Shown here in pieces: positions 38,405 to 53,000 of a stretch of 64,000 nt of DNA (its first letter is position 1; each line of letters begins with the position of its first letter). The notes beneath the pieces were generated by a model. That model made no database searches and had not been told where the DNA came from. It worked only from the letters and a program-made list of their open reading frames with translations. The stretch comes from Eledone cirrhosa (Eukaryota). Location: contig OZ024757.1 of NCBI GenBank assembly GCA_964016885.1, positions 20,150,001-20,214,000 of the forward strand. The letters are read 5' to 3'. The translations under genes and the position numbers were made by a program.

Positions 38405-40941
38405 AAGTTTAACCTACAGTCAGTAGGCACTTCTTAACCAAATATACACCCCAACCCACTACCCCTATTCCATCCTCCCACTCCCACCAACACCACCCTT
38501 TCTCTGTAAATTTATATTGGTACCACAGAACATCCAGTCCAAACTAACGAGCTTGTGTAGGTGTCACTACAAAAAGAAAGGACCCAGTCCACGCTGTAAA
38601 GTGGTCATGTAGGAGACACGGTAAAAAGGCTCCCAGTCAACACTGTAAATCTGGTTGGTGTTAAGAAGGGCATCCAGCTGTAGAAAACCAGCCAGATGCA
38701 ATCCTATACGAGCAAAATATGGTCACCCGATCAATCTTGCCTCAAGTGGGACAATTCCTGTCTAACCCATGCTAGCGTGGAAGATGGACGTTAAACAATG
38801 ATGATGATATATACACAATCTTAACTATAATAAAGGAAGGTCTGCGGGATTGCACCCAGAATATATTTTTTTACCCCGTTTGTAAAATAAGTTGGATTAC
38901 TTTGAATAAATAATTGTTTCTACTTTTGGCACAAGGCCAGCAATTACCCAGTACATTACTGGTACTTTATTTTATCGACCCCGTAAGGATGAAAAGCAAA
39001 GTTAACCTCGGCAGGATTTGAACTCAGAATGGCAAGGGCCGTAACTAGGCGTCAAAGCATGGCGTCCGACTCTCTACCGCAGTATTCATTATTTGAATAA
39101 ATAATTAATGAATATTACATAATTTATGTGCTAAATTTCGTGGCTGTTGATAAAATATATTTTATAGCTTAATCTTTAAAATTATCAAATGTCAACACTT
39201 CCGGTTAGCGGCCATTATATTATAACACTTATAGGGCGGTGGATTGGCAGTATCGGTAGAGGGTCGGACGCCATGCTTTCCAGCATAGTTATGTCCCTTT
39301 ACGATCTGAGTTCAAATCCCGCCGAGGTTGACTTTGCCTTTCATCCTTACGGGGTCAATAAAATAAAGTACCAGTAATGCACTGGGTAATTGCTGGCCTT
39401 GTGCCTAAAGTAGAAACAATTATATTATAACACTTATAATCCCATATATTTCCGTCGCTAATTTTCTCCTAATGCAGTTTATATATAATGTCGTCTTTTT
39501 TTTAATATATCATGGATTACTGATTACAGAAGACAGTGTAATACAGTCTTTGTTCAATTTCTGTGTATATTGTCAATTACGATTTTATTTGATGTATCAT
39601 ATTTACATGCATATATATTTGTGTATAATATCAATATACACACTACACATGCTAGCAGAAAACCATCCGTAGGGTGGTTTTTCTGCTAGTACATATAAAA
39701 TGAGAAACCTCAATGCTAGAACAGCCATTAAATAATATACACACTACACATGCTAGCAGAAAACCATCCGTAGGGTGGTTTTTCTGCTAGTACATATAAA
39801 ATGAGAAACCTCAATGCTAGAACAGCCATTAAAACAGCTAAAAGCTGTCAAAGACAGTGATGGGTAAAAATGTGCGAAACCTCTTTACTGGTCTGAGAGC
39901 TGATGAGGGTGAAGATGTGTGTGTGTGTAAACTTGTCTTGTACATCACCTTTATTTCCTTGTTCCAGTCACTTCTATGCACCAGCGCACCACTTGTCCTC
40001 CTCCTCCTTTTTCAATCTTTACTATATTTCTTCTGATGATGTTGGTGTTATATTCCAACAGAGAGGATTGATAGTCTTGCCTTGGACCCCCCCTTAGCAA
40101 GTGCATCGACCATCATGGCGGACAAAGTGAGACTTTTCCCAAAAAGAAGTCAAACACAACTAAGGAAACATCAAACACAGTACGTAAAAAAGATCTTAAC
40201 TCTTTCCATTATTCATTCTTAACCTCACATACACTTATTCTCCTTTTTCTTTGCCCACAAGCATACGTTAAACAAGTTACTCACAACAGGACAACTCGTC
40301 TAACCCATGCTAGCCTGGAAAAATGGGCTAAAAACGGTAATAATGATGATTACATATATATATATATATATATAGACTGTTGATCGACTTTCGTCAAATT
40401 GGACCAAGGAAACAATGTTTCCATTGCTATTTCTAATTGCTCATACTTTCTGTTGGTTCCAACTCCAGGTAGGAGTAATGTGAAATAAAGTGTCTTGCTA
40501 AGGATGAGTCCTGGGTTCAATCTGGAGTAACCACAGTAAGTAAGGTACTCAATACATTAATAAGGCTTTCCTGATGACTTCCTTTGAATGAAACACTTCT
40601 AGTCGTGTAGAAGCCATTTCTATATTAAATTTTATATATCAATCTATATATGTACATATATATTTATTAAAATAACAGATTAAAGTTTAAGCAAAGAATC
40701 GCTGCTTTCACCTTTAACGGGATCTTATATATATATATGTAAAAGGTAAACAGAAATAACAACACAATCGGTGCAGTATATGGTAGGAGTATATTAGGTT
40801 AATGCTGAAATAGCAGGAAGAAGATCTTAACGTTTCGGATGCTAGTCCTTCATCAGAAGAAAGAATGAGAAATAAAATAGATTGAGGGGACATGCGGGAT
40901 GGAATTGGAAAAAATGTCTTTAGATAAGAATAACATGTCCA

Positions 40942-41006
<65 letters not shown>

Positions 41007-44000
41007 CCACTGCGATGATAAAAAGGTAGGGAGCCAATGTATCTCCCTGGAGCACTCCAGCCAGTGTCTCAAAGAACTCTGTCATCCCATCAGGTGTAAT
41101 GCATGGATACACTGGAAGAGGAAGACCGAGGTTAACGTATGTTGATGCCCTAAGGACAGACACTGGTCTCTTGGAGACGCAGGACATGGCAGCGATAATG
41201 AGGGACAGAGACCACTGGAGAGAACTTGACCATGGATCTCAGGAATTTTACCCGCCCTAGATAGATATATATATGTATATATATATATAATATAATATAA
41301 TTGTATATCAATTGTATCATTGTATTATAGGAATTTTACGAAAGGCAAGCAAAGACTGTTCACAGGAGAACTGGAGGTGAGGGAAACAGATGATGTAGAA
41401 TTGGAGATATCTCATGATTTTCTTGGAAATATTAGGAGACACCTTCAATATACTTTTGAAAATATTATCACCATTGCAGATGTAAGTATCATATTCAGCA
41501 TCGTTTAACATCCTCTCGTGAAGGCACATGGCTTAGTGGTTAGACCATTGAGCTTGCAATCCACCTCCACCAATAACAACAACACCTCCACCAATAAAAA
41601 CTACACCGCTACCACCACCTCCATCAATAACAACAACACCATCACCTCCTCCACAAATAACAACAACACACTACCACCACCTCCAATAACACCACCATTA
41701 CCATCTCCAATAAAAACAACACCTCCACCACCTCCACCAATAACAACAACACCACCTCCATCAATAACAACAACACCATCACCTCCTCCACCAATAACAA
41801 CAACACACTACCACCACCTCCAATAACACCACCATTACCATCTCCAATAAAAACAACACCTCCACCACCTCCACCAATAACAACACCACCTCCATCAATA
41901 ACAACAACACCATCACCTCCTCCACCAATAACAACAACACACTACCACCACCTCCAATAACACCACCATTACCATCTCCAATAAAAACAACACCTCCACC
42001 ACCTCCACCAATAAAAACTACACCACTACCACCACCTCCACCAATAACAACAACACCACCTCCACCAATAACAACAACACCACCTCCACCATTAACAACA
42101 ACACCGCCTCCACCATTAACAACAACACCATCACCACCTCCACCAATAACAACACAACCACCACCACCTCCACCAATAACAACACAACCACCACCACCAC
42201 CAATAACAACAACACCATCACCACCTCCACCAATAACAACACAACCACCACCACCACCAGGTGCATGGCTTAGTGGTTAGAGCATTGGGCTTGCAATCGA
42301 AAGATTGTGAGTTCAATTCTCGGACCGGGTGATGTGTTGTTTCCTTGAGCAAGACACTTTATTTCACGTTGCTCCAGTTTAATCAGCTGTAGAAATGAGA
42401 TGATAGGACTGAGGTCCCTTTCATTTTAATCACCCAAGACACCTCCAACGAGATATACCTTGGAGGAGGCCAGCTAAACCTGGATAGGTGTGAGCTGTCA
42501 CACACACACATAGGTGTGAGCTGTCACACACACACATATAGGTGTGAGCTGTCACACACACACATATAGGTGTGAGCTGTCACACAAACACACACACATA
42601 GGTGTGAGCTATCACACACACATAGGTGTGAGCTATCACACACACATAGGTGTGAGCTGTCACACACACATAGGTGTGAGCTGTCACACACACATAGGTG
42701 TGAGCTGTCACACACACACACACATAGGTGTGAGCTGTCACACACACACACATATAGGTGTGAGCTGTCACACACACATAGGTGTGAGCTGTCACACACA
42801 CACACACATAGGTGTGAGCTGTCACACACACACACACACATAGGTGTGAGCTGTCACACACACACACACATAGGTGTGAGCTGTCACACACACACACATA
42901 GGTGTGAGCTGTCACACACACACACATATAGGTGTGAGCTGTCACACACACATAGGTGTGAGCTGTCACACACACACATATAGGTGTGAGCTGTCACACA
43001 CACACATATAGGTGTGAGCTGTCACACACACACACACATAGGTGTGAGCTGTCACACACACACATAGGTGTGAGCTGTCACACACACACACATATAGGTG
43101 TGAGCTGTCACACACACACATATAGGTGTGAGCTGTCACACACACATATAGGTGTGAGCTGTCACACACACACATATAGGTGTGAGCTGTCACACACACA
43201 CATAGGTGTGAGCTGTCACACACACACACATAGGTGTGAGCTGTCACACACACACACATATAGGTGTGAGCTGTCACACACACACACATATAGGTGTGAG
43301 CTGTCACACACACACACATATAGGTGTGAGCTGTCACACACACACACACACATAGGTGTGAGCTGTCACACACACACACATAGGTGTGAGCTGTCACACA
43401 CACACATATAGGTGTGAGCTGTCACACACACATAGGTGTGAGCTGTCACACACACACATAGGTGTGAGCTGTCACACACACACACATATAGGTGTGAGCT
43501 GTCACACACACACACATAGGTGTGAGCTGTCACACACACACATATAGGTGTGAGCTGTCACACACACACACATAGGTGTGAGCTGTCACACACACACACA
43601 CATAGGTGTGAGCTGTCACACACACACACATATAGGTGTGAGCTGTCACACACACATAGGTGTGAGCTGTCACACACACACACACATAGGTGTGAGCTGT
43701 CACACACACACACATAGGTGTGAGCTGTCACACACACACACATATAGGTGTGAGCTGTCACACACACATAGGTGTGAGCTGTCACACACACATAGGTGTG
43801 AGCTGTCACACACACACATATAGGTGTGAGCTGTCACACACACACATAGGTGTGAGCTGTCACACACACACATATAGGTGTGAGCTGTCACACACACACA
43901 TATAGGTGTGAGCTGTCACACACACATAGGTGTGAGCTGTCACACACACACACACACATAGATGTGAGCTGTCACACACACACATATAGGTGTGAGCTGT

Positions 44001-47000
44001 CACACACACACATATAGGTGTGAGCTGTCACACACACACATATAGGTGTGAGCTGTCACACACACACATAGGTGTGAGCTGTCACACACACACATAGGTG
44101 TGAGCTGTCACACACACACACATATAGGTGTGAGCTGTCACACACACATAGGTGTGAGCTGTCACACACACACATATAGGTGTGAGCTGTCACACACACA
44201 CATAGGTGTGAGCTGTCACACACACACATATAGGTGTGAGCTGTCACACACACACATATAGGTGTGAGCTGTCACACACACACATAGGTGTGAGCTGTCA
44301 CACACACACACATATAGGTGTGAGCTGTCACACACACATAGGTGTGAGCTGTCACACACACACATATAGGTGTGAGCTGTCACACACACACATATAGGTG
44401 TGAGCTGTCACACACACACATAGGTGTGAGCTGTCACACACACACACATATAGGTGTGAGCTGTCACACACACATAGATGTGAGCTGTCACACACACACA
44501 TATAGGTGTGAGCTGTCACACACACACACATAGATGTGAGCTGTCACACACACACATAGATGTGAGCTGTCACACACACACATATAGGTGTGAGCTGTCA
44601 CACACACACATATAGGTGTGAGCTGTCACACACACACATATAGGTGTGAGCTGTCACACACACATAGGTGTGAGCTGTCACACACACACACATAGGTGTG
44701 AGCTGTCACACACACACACATAGGTGTGAGCTGTCACACACACATATAGGTGTGAGCTGTCACACACACATAGGTGTGAGCTGTCACACACACATATAGA
44801 TGTGAGCTGTCACACACACACATATAGGTGTGAGCTGTCACACACACACACATAGGTGTGAGCTGTCACACACACATAGGTGTGAGCTGTCACACACACA
44901 TATAGGTGTGAGCTGTCACACACACACATAGATGTGAGCTGTCACACACACATAGGTGTGAGCTGTCACACACACACATATAGGTGTGAGCTGTCACACA
45001 CACACACACATAGGTGTGAGCTGTCACACACACACATAGGTGTGAGCTGTCACACACACACATATAGGTGTGAGCTGTCACACACACACATAGGTGTGAG
45101 CTGTCACACACACACATAGGTGTGAGCTGTCACACACACACATATAGGTGTGAGCTGTCACACACACACATAGGTGTGAGCTGTCACACACACATAGGTG
45201 TGAGCTATCACACACACATAGGTGTGAGCTGTCACACACACACATATAGGTGTGAGCTGTCACACACACACATAGGTGTGAGCTGTCACACACACACACA
45301 CACATAGGTGTGAGCTGTCACACACACACACATAGGTGTGAGCTGTCACACACACACATAGATGTGAGCTGTCACACACACACATATAGGTGTGAGCTGT
45401 CACACACACACATATAGGTGTGAGCTGTCACACACACACATATAGGTGTGAGCTGTCACACACACATAGGTGTGAGCTGTCACACACACACAGGTGTGAG
45501 CTGTCACACACACACACATATAGGTGTGAGCTGTCACACACACATATATAGGTGTGAGCTGTCACACACACACACATAGGTGTGAGCTGTCACACACACA
45601 CACATAGGTGTGAGCTGTCACACACACACACATAGGTGTGAGCTGTCACACACACACATATAGGTGTGAGCTGTCACACACACACATATAGGTGTGAGCT
45701 GTCACACACACACATAGGTGTGAGCTGTCACACACACACATATAGGTGTGAGCTGTCACACACACACACATAGGTGTGAGCTGTCACACACACACACACA
45801 CATAGATGTGAGCTGTCACACACACACATATAGGTGTGAGCTGTCACACACACATAGGTGTGAGCTGTCACACACACACATATAGGTGTGAGCTGTCACA
45901 CACACACATAGGTGTGAGCTGTCACACACACACACATATAGGTGTGAGCTGTCACACACACACACATAGGTGTGAGCTGTCACACACACACACATATGTG
46001 TGAGCTGTCACACACACACACATATAGGTGTGAGCTGTCACACACACACATATAGGTGTGAGCTGTCACACACACACACATAGGTGTGAGCTGTCACACA
46101 CACACACATATGTGTGAGCTGTCACACACACACATATAGGTGTGAGCTGTCACACACACACACATATAGGTGTGAGCTGTCACACACACACATATAGGTG
46201 TGAGCTGTCACACACACACATAGGTGTGTGAGCTGTCACACACACATAGGTGTGAGCTGTCACACACACACATAGGTGTGAGCTGTCACACACACACACA
46301 TATAGGTGTGAGCTGTCACACACACACACATAGGTGTGAGCTGTCACACACACACATATAGGTGTGAGCTGTCACACACACACACATAGGTGTGAGCTGT
46401 CACACACACACACACATAGGTGTGAGCTGTCACACACACACACATATAGGTGTGAGCTGTCACACACACATAGGTGTGAGCTGTCACACACACACACACA
46501 TATGTGTGAGCTGTCACACACACACACACATAGGTGTGAGCTGTCACACACACACACACATAGGTGTGAGCTGTCACACACACACACATAGGTGTGAGCT
46601 GTCACACACACACACATATAGGTGTGAGCTGTCACACACACACACATATAGGTGTGAGCTGTCACACACACACATAGATGTGAGCTGTCACACACACACA
46701 TATAGGTGTGAGCTGTCACACACACACATAGGTGTGAGCTGTCACACACACACATATAGGTGTGAGCTGTCACACACACACATAGGTGTGAGCTGTCACA
46801 CACACACATATAGGTGTGAGCTGTCACACACACACATATAGGTGTGAGCTGTCACACACACACATATAGGTGTGAGCTGTCACACACACATAGGTGTGAG
46901 CTGTCACACACACACACACACATAGGTGTGAGCTGTCACACACACACATAGATGTGAGCTGTCACACACACACATATAGGTGTGAGCTGTCACACACACA

Positions 47001-50000
47001 CATATAGGTGTGAGCTGTCACACACACACATATAGGTGTGAGCTGTCACACACACACATAGGTGTGAGCTGTCACACACACACACATATAGGTGTGAGCT
47101 GTCACACACACATAGGTGTGAGCTGTCACACACACACATATAGGTGTGAGCTGTCACACACACACATAGGTGTGAGCTGTCACACACACACATATAGGTG
47201 TGAGCTGTCACACACACACATATAGGTGTGAGCTGTCACACACACACATATAGGTGTGAGCTGTCACACACACACATAGGTGTGAGCTGTCACACACACA
47301 CACATATAGGTGTGAGCTGTCACACACACATAGGTGTGAGCTGTCACACACACACATATAGGTGTGAGCTGTCACACACACACATAGGTGTGAGCTATCA
47401 CACACACACATATAGGTGTGAGCTGTCACACACACACATATAGGTGTGAGCTGTCACACACACACATATAGGTGTGAGCTGTCACACACACATAGGTGTG
47501 AGCTGTCACACACACACACACACATAGGTGTGAGCTGTCACACACACACATAGATGTGAGCTGTCACACACACACATATAGGTGTGAGCTGTCACACACA
47601 CACATATAGGTGTGAGCTGTCACACACACATATATAGGTGTGAGCTGTCACACACACACACATAGGTGTGAGCTGTCACACACACACACATATAGGTGTG
47701 AGCTGTCACACACACACACATAGATGTGAGCTGTCACACACACACATATAGGTGTGAGCTGTCACACACACACATATAGGTGTGAGCTGTCACACACACA
47801 CATATAGGTGTGAGCTGTCACACACACACATAGGTGTGAGCTGTCACACACACACATATAGGTGTGAGCTGTCACACACACACACACATAGGTGTGAGCT
47901 GTCACACACACACACACATAGGTGTGAGCTGTCACACACACATATATAGGTGTGAGCTGTCACACACACATAGGTGTGAGCTGTCACACACACACACATA
48001 GGTGTGAGCTGTCACACACACACACATATAGGTGTGAGCTGTCATACACACACACACATAGGTGTGAGCTGTCACACACACACACACACATCACCATAGT
48101 CTGAGGTCGAAGACAGGCCAAGGAGGTCTGTTTCCTAATTACATACAGCATTTAACCTGTTGACTGCTGTATATATTTTACACAGCTACAGTTGCTGTGC
48201 CGGTTGGGTTTTTTTTTTATTGGCAATCGTCACATCAATAAATCAGTAACCCAATCTAGCTTTGAAGTTATGAACTATTGGATGGGGGTGTATATTTGGT
48301 TAAGCGGTGCCTACTGACTGTAGAAAAAAATACAACTATACTTAGAAAAACAACAACAACAGAAACATTGGTTGGTCTAATTTCAGGATTTCTACCGCCA
48401 AAAAGGCGGTCGACATCTAACACGACCCCAGGTCATACAGGAAAATTTTGAAATATGTGGCAGCACCCTTAGAAAGAAGATGAAGACTTACTATGGCCAA
48501 GCAGTGGATTATGTCACACGGTGCCAAGATGGTAAGTTCCAATAAACTCATCTCTTTTTTTTTTTTCATTTTGGATAATTTTTTTTTTTTTCAAGGTTAT
48601 CTTCACAAGGTTATCTTCACCCCAAAACCATTCTGCCTAGATCTTCTCCTCCATCCACCACCCATCATATATCTTTATCCCCACCCTATCGGTCTGACTA
48701 TCTCCCCCCCCCCCCCTATCTCTCTATATGTCGTCTCCCTGCTATCTGTCTGTCTATCAGGAAAGACAAACAGAGGAAAGGTGAGAACACCTACAAAACG
48801 TGCTCCCGGTGTTGAGGGTTGTTCTATCCACGGGGTGTAAAACAACCCCGCAGTTACGTTCCCCCCTATTAGGGATTTTCGATTGTTTTATTTCATATAT
48901 AATTCATTGTCATTGATTATTGTTAAAGATTTTATGTAAAAACCCTGCCGTCACGTCTTGCAATGTCCCATTTTTGTACGCCCCTGTGGCAAATAAAGAA
49001 AGATATCTATCTATACACCCTCTCCTTGCTTTCTGTCTATCTATCTGTCTATTTATGTCTATACGTCCTCTCCCTACAAGGGTCGGCTGAAAAAGTTCAT
49101 AGGCTGACCAAGATACTCTCATGGATAGACCAAATGAGGTTTATTTTTCAACTTAGTCCCTGTGGTTTCTATATATCATCATCATCATCATCATCATCAT
49201 CACCGTTTAATGTCTATTTTCCATGCTTGAATGGGTTAGATGGGTGCCATCATTAGATTAACTTTGAGCAAGGTATGGTGTAGCCTGCTGCCCAAACAGA
49301 ACTGTGTTTTGGCTGGAATTTTTACAACTGGAAGCCCTTCTTAACACCAACCACATTTACAGTGTGGATATGGGTGGTCCCATTTATGGGGGGAGGTCTA
49401 GCCAGTTGGCTGTTCCATGCCTTGCACATGTAGTGCTGGAACTGGGTGGCACTGTTGTGAAGCAAGCCTGGCCAATTTGCCACATCGAACATTGCTCAAA
49501 ACGAGATTGTATTCTGACTGGAGATTTTTTTAAATCTGGATGTCCTTCCTAACACCAACCACATCCACGGTGAGGAGCTTGGTGGTCCTTTTATGAGGCA
49601 AGTCTGATTAGATGGCCACACTGTACCTTGCTCAAATAAACTGTATTTCGGCTGGGATTTTTACAGCTGGATGACCTTCCTAACACCAACCATGTATACT
49701 GATTTATTCCTATATTCTAGAGTACAATATCCAAATACAACGGTTTGAGAATATAATCTGGAAAATTCCAGAAGTTATAATAGGGAATATGTACAAGGAA
49801 CAAACTGATTTGTTAAAGTCCAAGTGTGAAGAAAAACGAAAAGATTTTGAGACCAAACTTCAAACAATTAAAGAACAGCAGGTAAGAATGTTTAACCCTT
49901 TAGCATTTAAACCGGCTATATCCGGCCAGAATTCTCTCACCTCTTTCTGTTAAAACCAGCTATAACTGGCCGCTCAAACCTACATCAACCCTTTAGCATT

Positions 50001-53000
50001 TACATTGCTCTATATTTACTATTGTATTTTCACAGTAAACAGTTTATTTCACATAAATTATCTCACATAGTATCGAATCTGATCACCTAGGTATCAAATG
50101 CTATCAACCATCTCTATAGATCCTACCTGCATTTGAAAAGTGTGTCTATCATTGCAACTTCTACTGTCAAATTTCCCTGAACATCTACTGCATATGTAGT
50201 TTTCCCTACCAGTGAACTAAATTATACTTGTAACCCAATCTTGGTCACATTCACGATCGTATTCTTTCTATTAGACGAACCCTTTAGCATTTAAAGTGAC
50301 CGTATCCGCCCAGAATTCTCTCACCTCTTTCTGTTCAAACCAGCTGTAACCAGCCACTCATACTGATGTTAAGGTATTGTTCTCAAAATAAATAATATAT
50401 AAATCTCAAATTCGATATTATGTGAGGTAATTATGTGAAGTAAAGCCTTTACCCAGAAAATACAATAGTAAATATAGAATAATGTAAATGCTAAAGGGTT
50501 AAGCTGTTTATTTTTCCTCACTAGGCTTTAAACAGAAAACAATTAGAGCCCAATCATGGTCACCCACAGATGAAAGAAAAACTGAAAACCTTAAACGAAA
50601 GTGAATTGAAGCTGCACAATGATCTATTGACCCTTTTGACCACACATTTCGATGAGATGAAGGTAAACATTCATCTTTTTATCTACTAAGCTAAGCTAAG
50701 GCCTCCTTCGATCAAGCCTGACTATGGGTAGTGTCCTATTATCAGCTCGGCTGGAGCAGTGACTCCGGTGGCTAGACAGACCTATGCGTGAGTGTCAGTC
50801 TCTGTCACATTCAACACATCTGTATATGGTCACTACTCTGTTGGATTTATTGAGCTCTTAAGGCCTCCTTCGGTCAAGGCTGACCTTGCATAGTGTCCTA
50901 TTATCAGCTCGGTGTCTAAACAGATCTATACGTGAGTGACAGTCTCTGTCACATTCAACACATCTGTATATGGTCACTACTCTGTTGGATTTATTGAGCT
51001 CTCAAGGCCTCCTTCGGTCAAGGCTGACCATGCGTAGTGTCCTATTATCAGCTCGGTTGGAGCAGCATCTCCGGTGTCTAAACAGACCTATACCTGAGTG
51101 ACAGTCTCTGTCACATTCAACACATCTGTATATGGTCACTACTCTGTTGGATTTATTGAGCTCTTAAGGCCTCCTTCGGTCAAGGCTGACCATGTGTAGT
51201 GTCCTATTATCAGCTCGGTTGGAGCAGCATCTCCGGTGTCTAAACAGACCTATGCGTGAGTGTCAGTCTCTGTCACATTCAACACATCTGTATATGGTCA
51301 CTACTCTGTTGGATTTATTGAGCTCTTAAGGCCTCCTTCGGTCAAGGCTGACCATGCGTAGTGTCCTATTATCAGCTCGGCTGGAGCAGCATCTTCGGTG
51401 GCTAGACAGACCTATACCTGAGTGACAGTCTCTGTCACATTCAACACATCTGTATATGGTCACTACTCTGTTGGATTTATTGAGCTCTCAAGGCCTCCTT
51501 CGGTCAAGGCTGACCATGCGTAGTGTCCTATTACCAGCTCGGCTGGAGCAGCATCTTTGGTGTCAGTCTCTGTCACATTCAACACATCTATATATGGTCT
51601 CTGGTCTGTTGGATTTATTGCCCTCCTTTCACCAGGCTTTCCTTAAAGTTTAGCTTTGCTTTTCATCCTTACAGGGTCAATAAAATTAAGTACCAGTTAT
51701 GCACGGCGGGGGAGGGGTTAATTTAATTGACCTTTCCCTATCCTCAAAATTGTTGGCCTTGTCCACCCCACCCACCCCCACACACACACACACTCTCCAA
51801 TGTAGAAACAATTCTAAAATGTTTTATTTTATATTACCCTTTACAGAGTGATTTGGTAAAACACAGTATAAGTTTTTTGAAGGAGCTGTTCACCATCAGT
51901 GAATCTCATCTACAATTCTATGACAATCTGTTGAAAGAATCTCTGATGAAAAGTAAGAAACTATATTATATCATCATCATCATCACCATTTTACGTCTGT
52001 TCTTCCACGTTTGCATGGGTTAGACGAGTCCTATTTTAAGGCAAGTTGTGACGGGTGACCATGTCTCGCTCAAATAGGGGTGTTTCTGGCTGGTTTTCTA
52101 TGGCTGGATGCCCTTCCTAATGACCACCACATTTACAATGTGGGCTGGGTGCATTTTGCTGTGTCTTTTACATGTCTACTTTACAGTGTGGGCTGGGTGC
52201 TTTATATTAAACTATATTATACTATATTAAACTATATTATACTATATTAAACTATATTAAACTATATTATACTATATTATATTATACTATATTATACTAT
52301 ATTATACTATATTAAACTATACTATATTATACTATATTAAACTATATTATACTATATTAAACTATATTATACTATATTATACTATATTATACTATATTAA
52401 ACTATATTATACTATATTAAACTATATTATACTATATTATACTATATTAAACTATATTATACTATATTAAACTATATTATACTATATTAAACTATATTAT
52501 ACTATATTATACTATATTAAACTATATTATACTATATTAGGGCAGTGAATTGGCAGTATCGGTAGAGGGTCGGACATGCTTTCCAGCATAGTTACGTCCC
52601 TTTCCGATTTGAGTTCATATCCCGCCGAGGTTAACTTTGCCTTTAATCCTTACGAGGTCAATAAAATAAAGTACCAGTAATGTACTGGGTAATTGCTGGC
52701 CTTGTGCCAAAAGTAGAAACAATTATTTTATGTTATATTTAACTATATAAAACTATATTAAATTACATTATACTATATAAAACTAATTGGATTGGATCAG
52801 ATCAAGGTCACAACACTCCGCTGGGAATCAAACTCACAAGCTTAACTCTCTAACCACTAAGCCATGCACCTTTGCATATCATCATCATCATCGTTTAATG
52901 TCCATCTTCCACGCTAGCATGGGTTAAAAACTGTTTCTTTTTTTCTTATCTAGAAGATGGTAATAAACCAAAGGTGAACCCTACAGAGATATTTAGTTTC

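Noticed and set aside
42485-48090. CRISPR-like array (constant palindromic core plus variable spacer) and Cys/His-rich ORFs
   Set aside because: Spacers are only (CA)n of varying length, the context is eukaryotic with no cas genes, and the ORFs are repeat translations.
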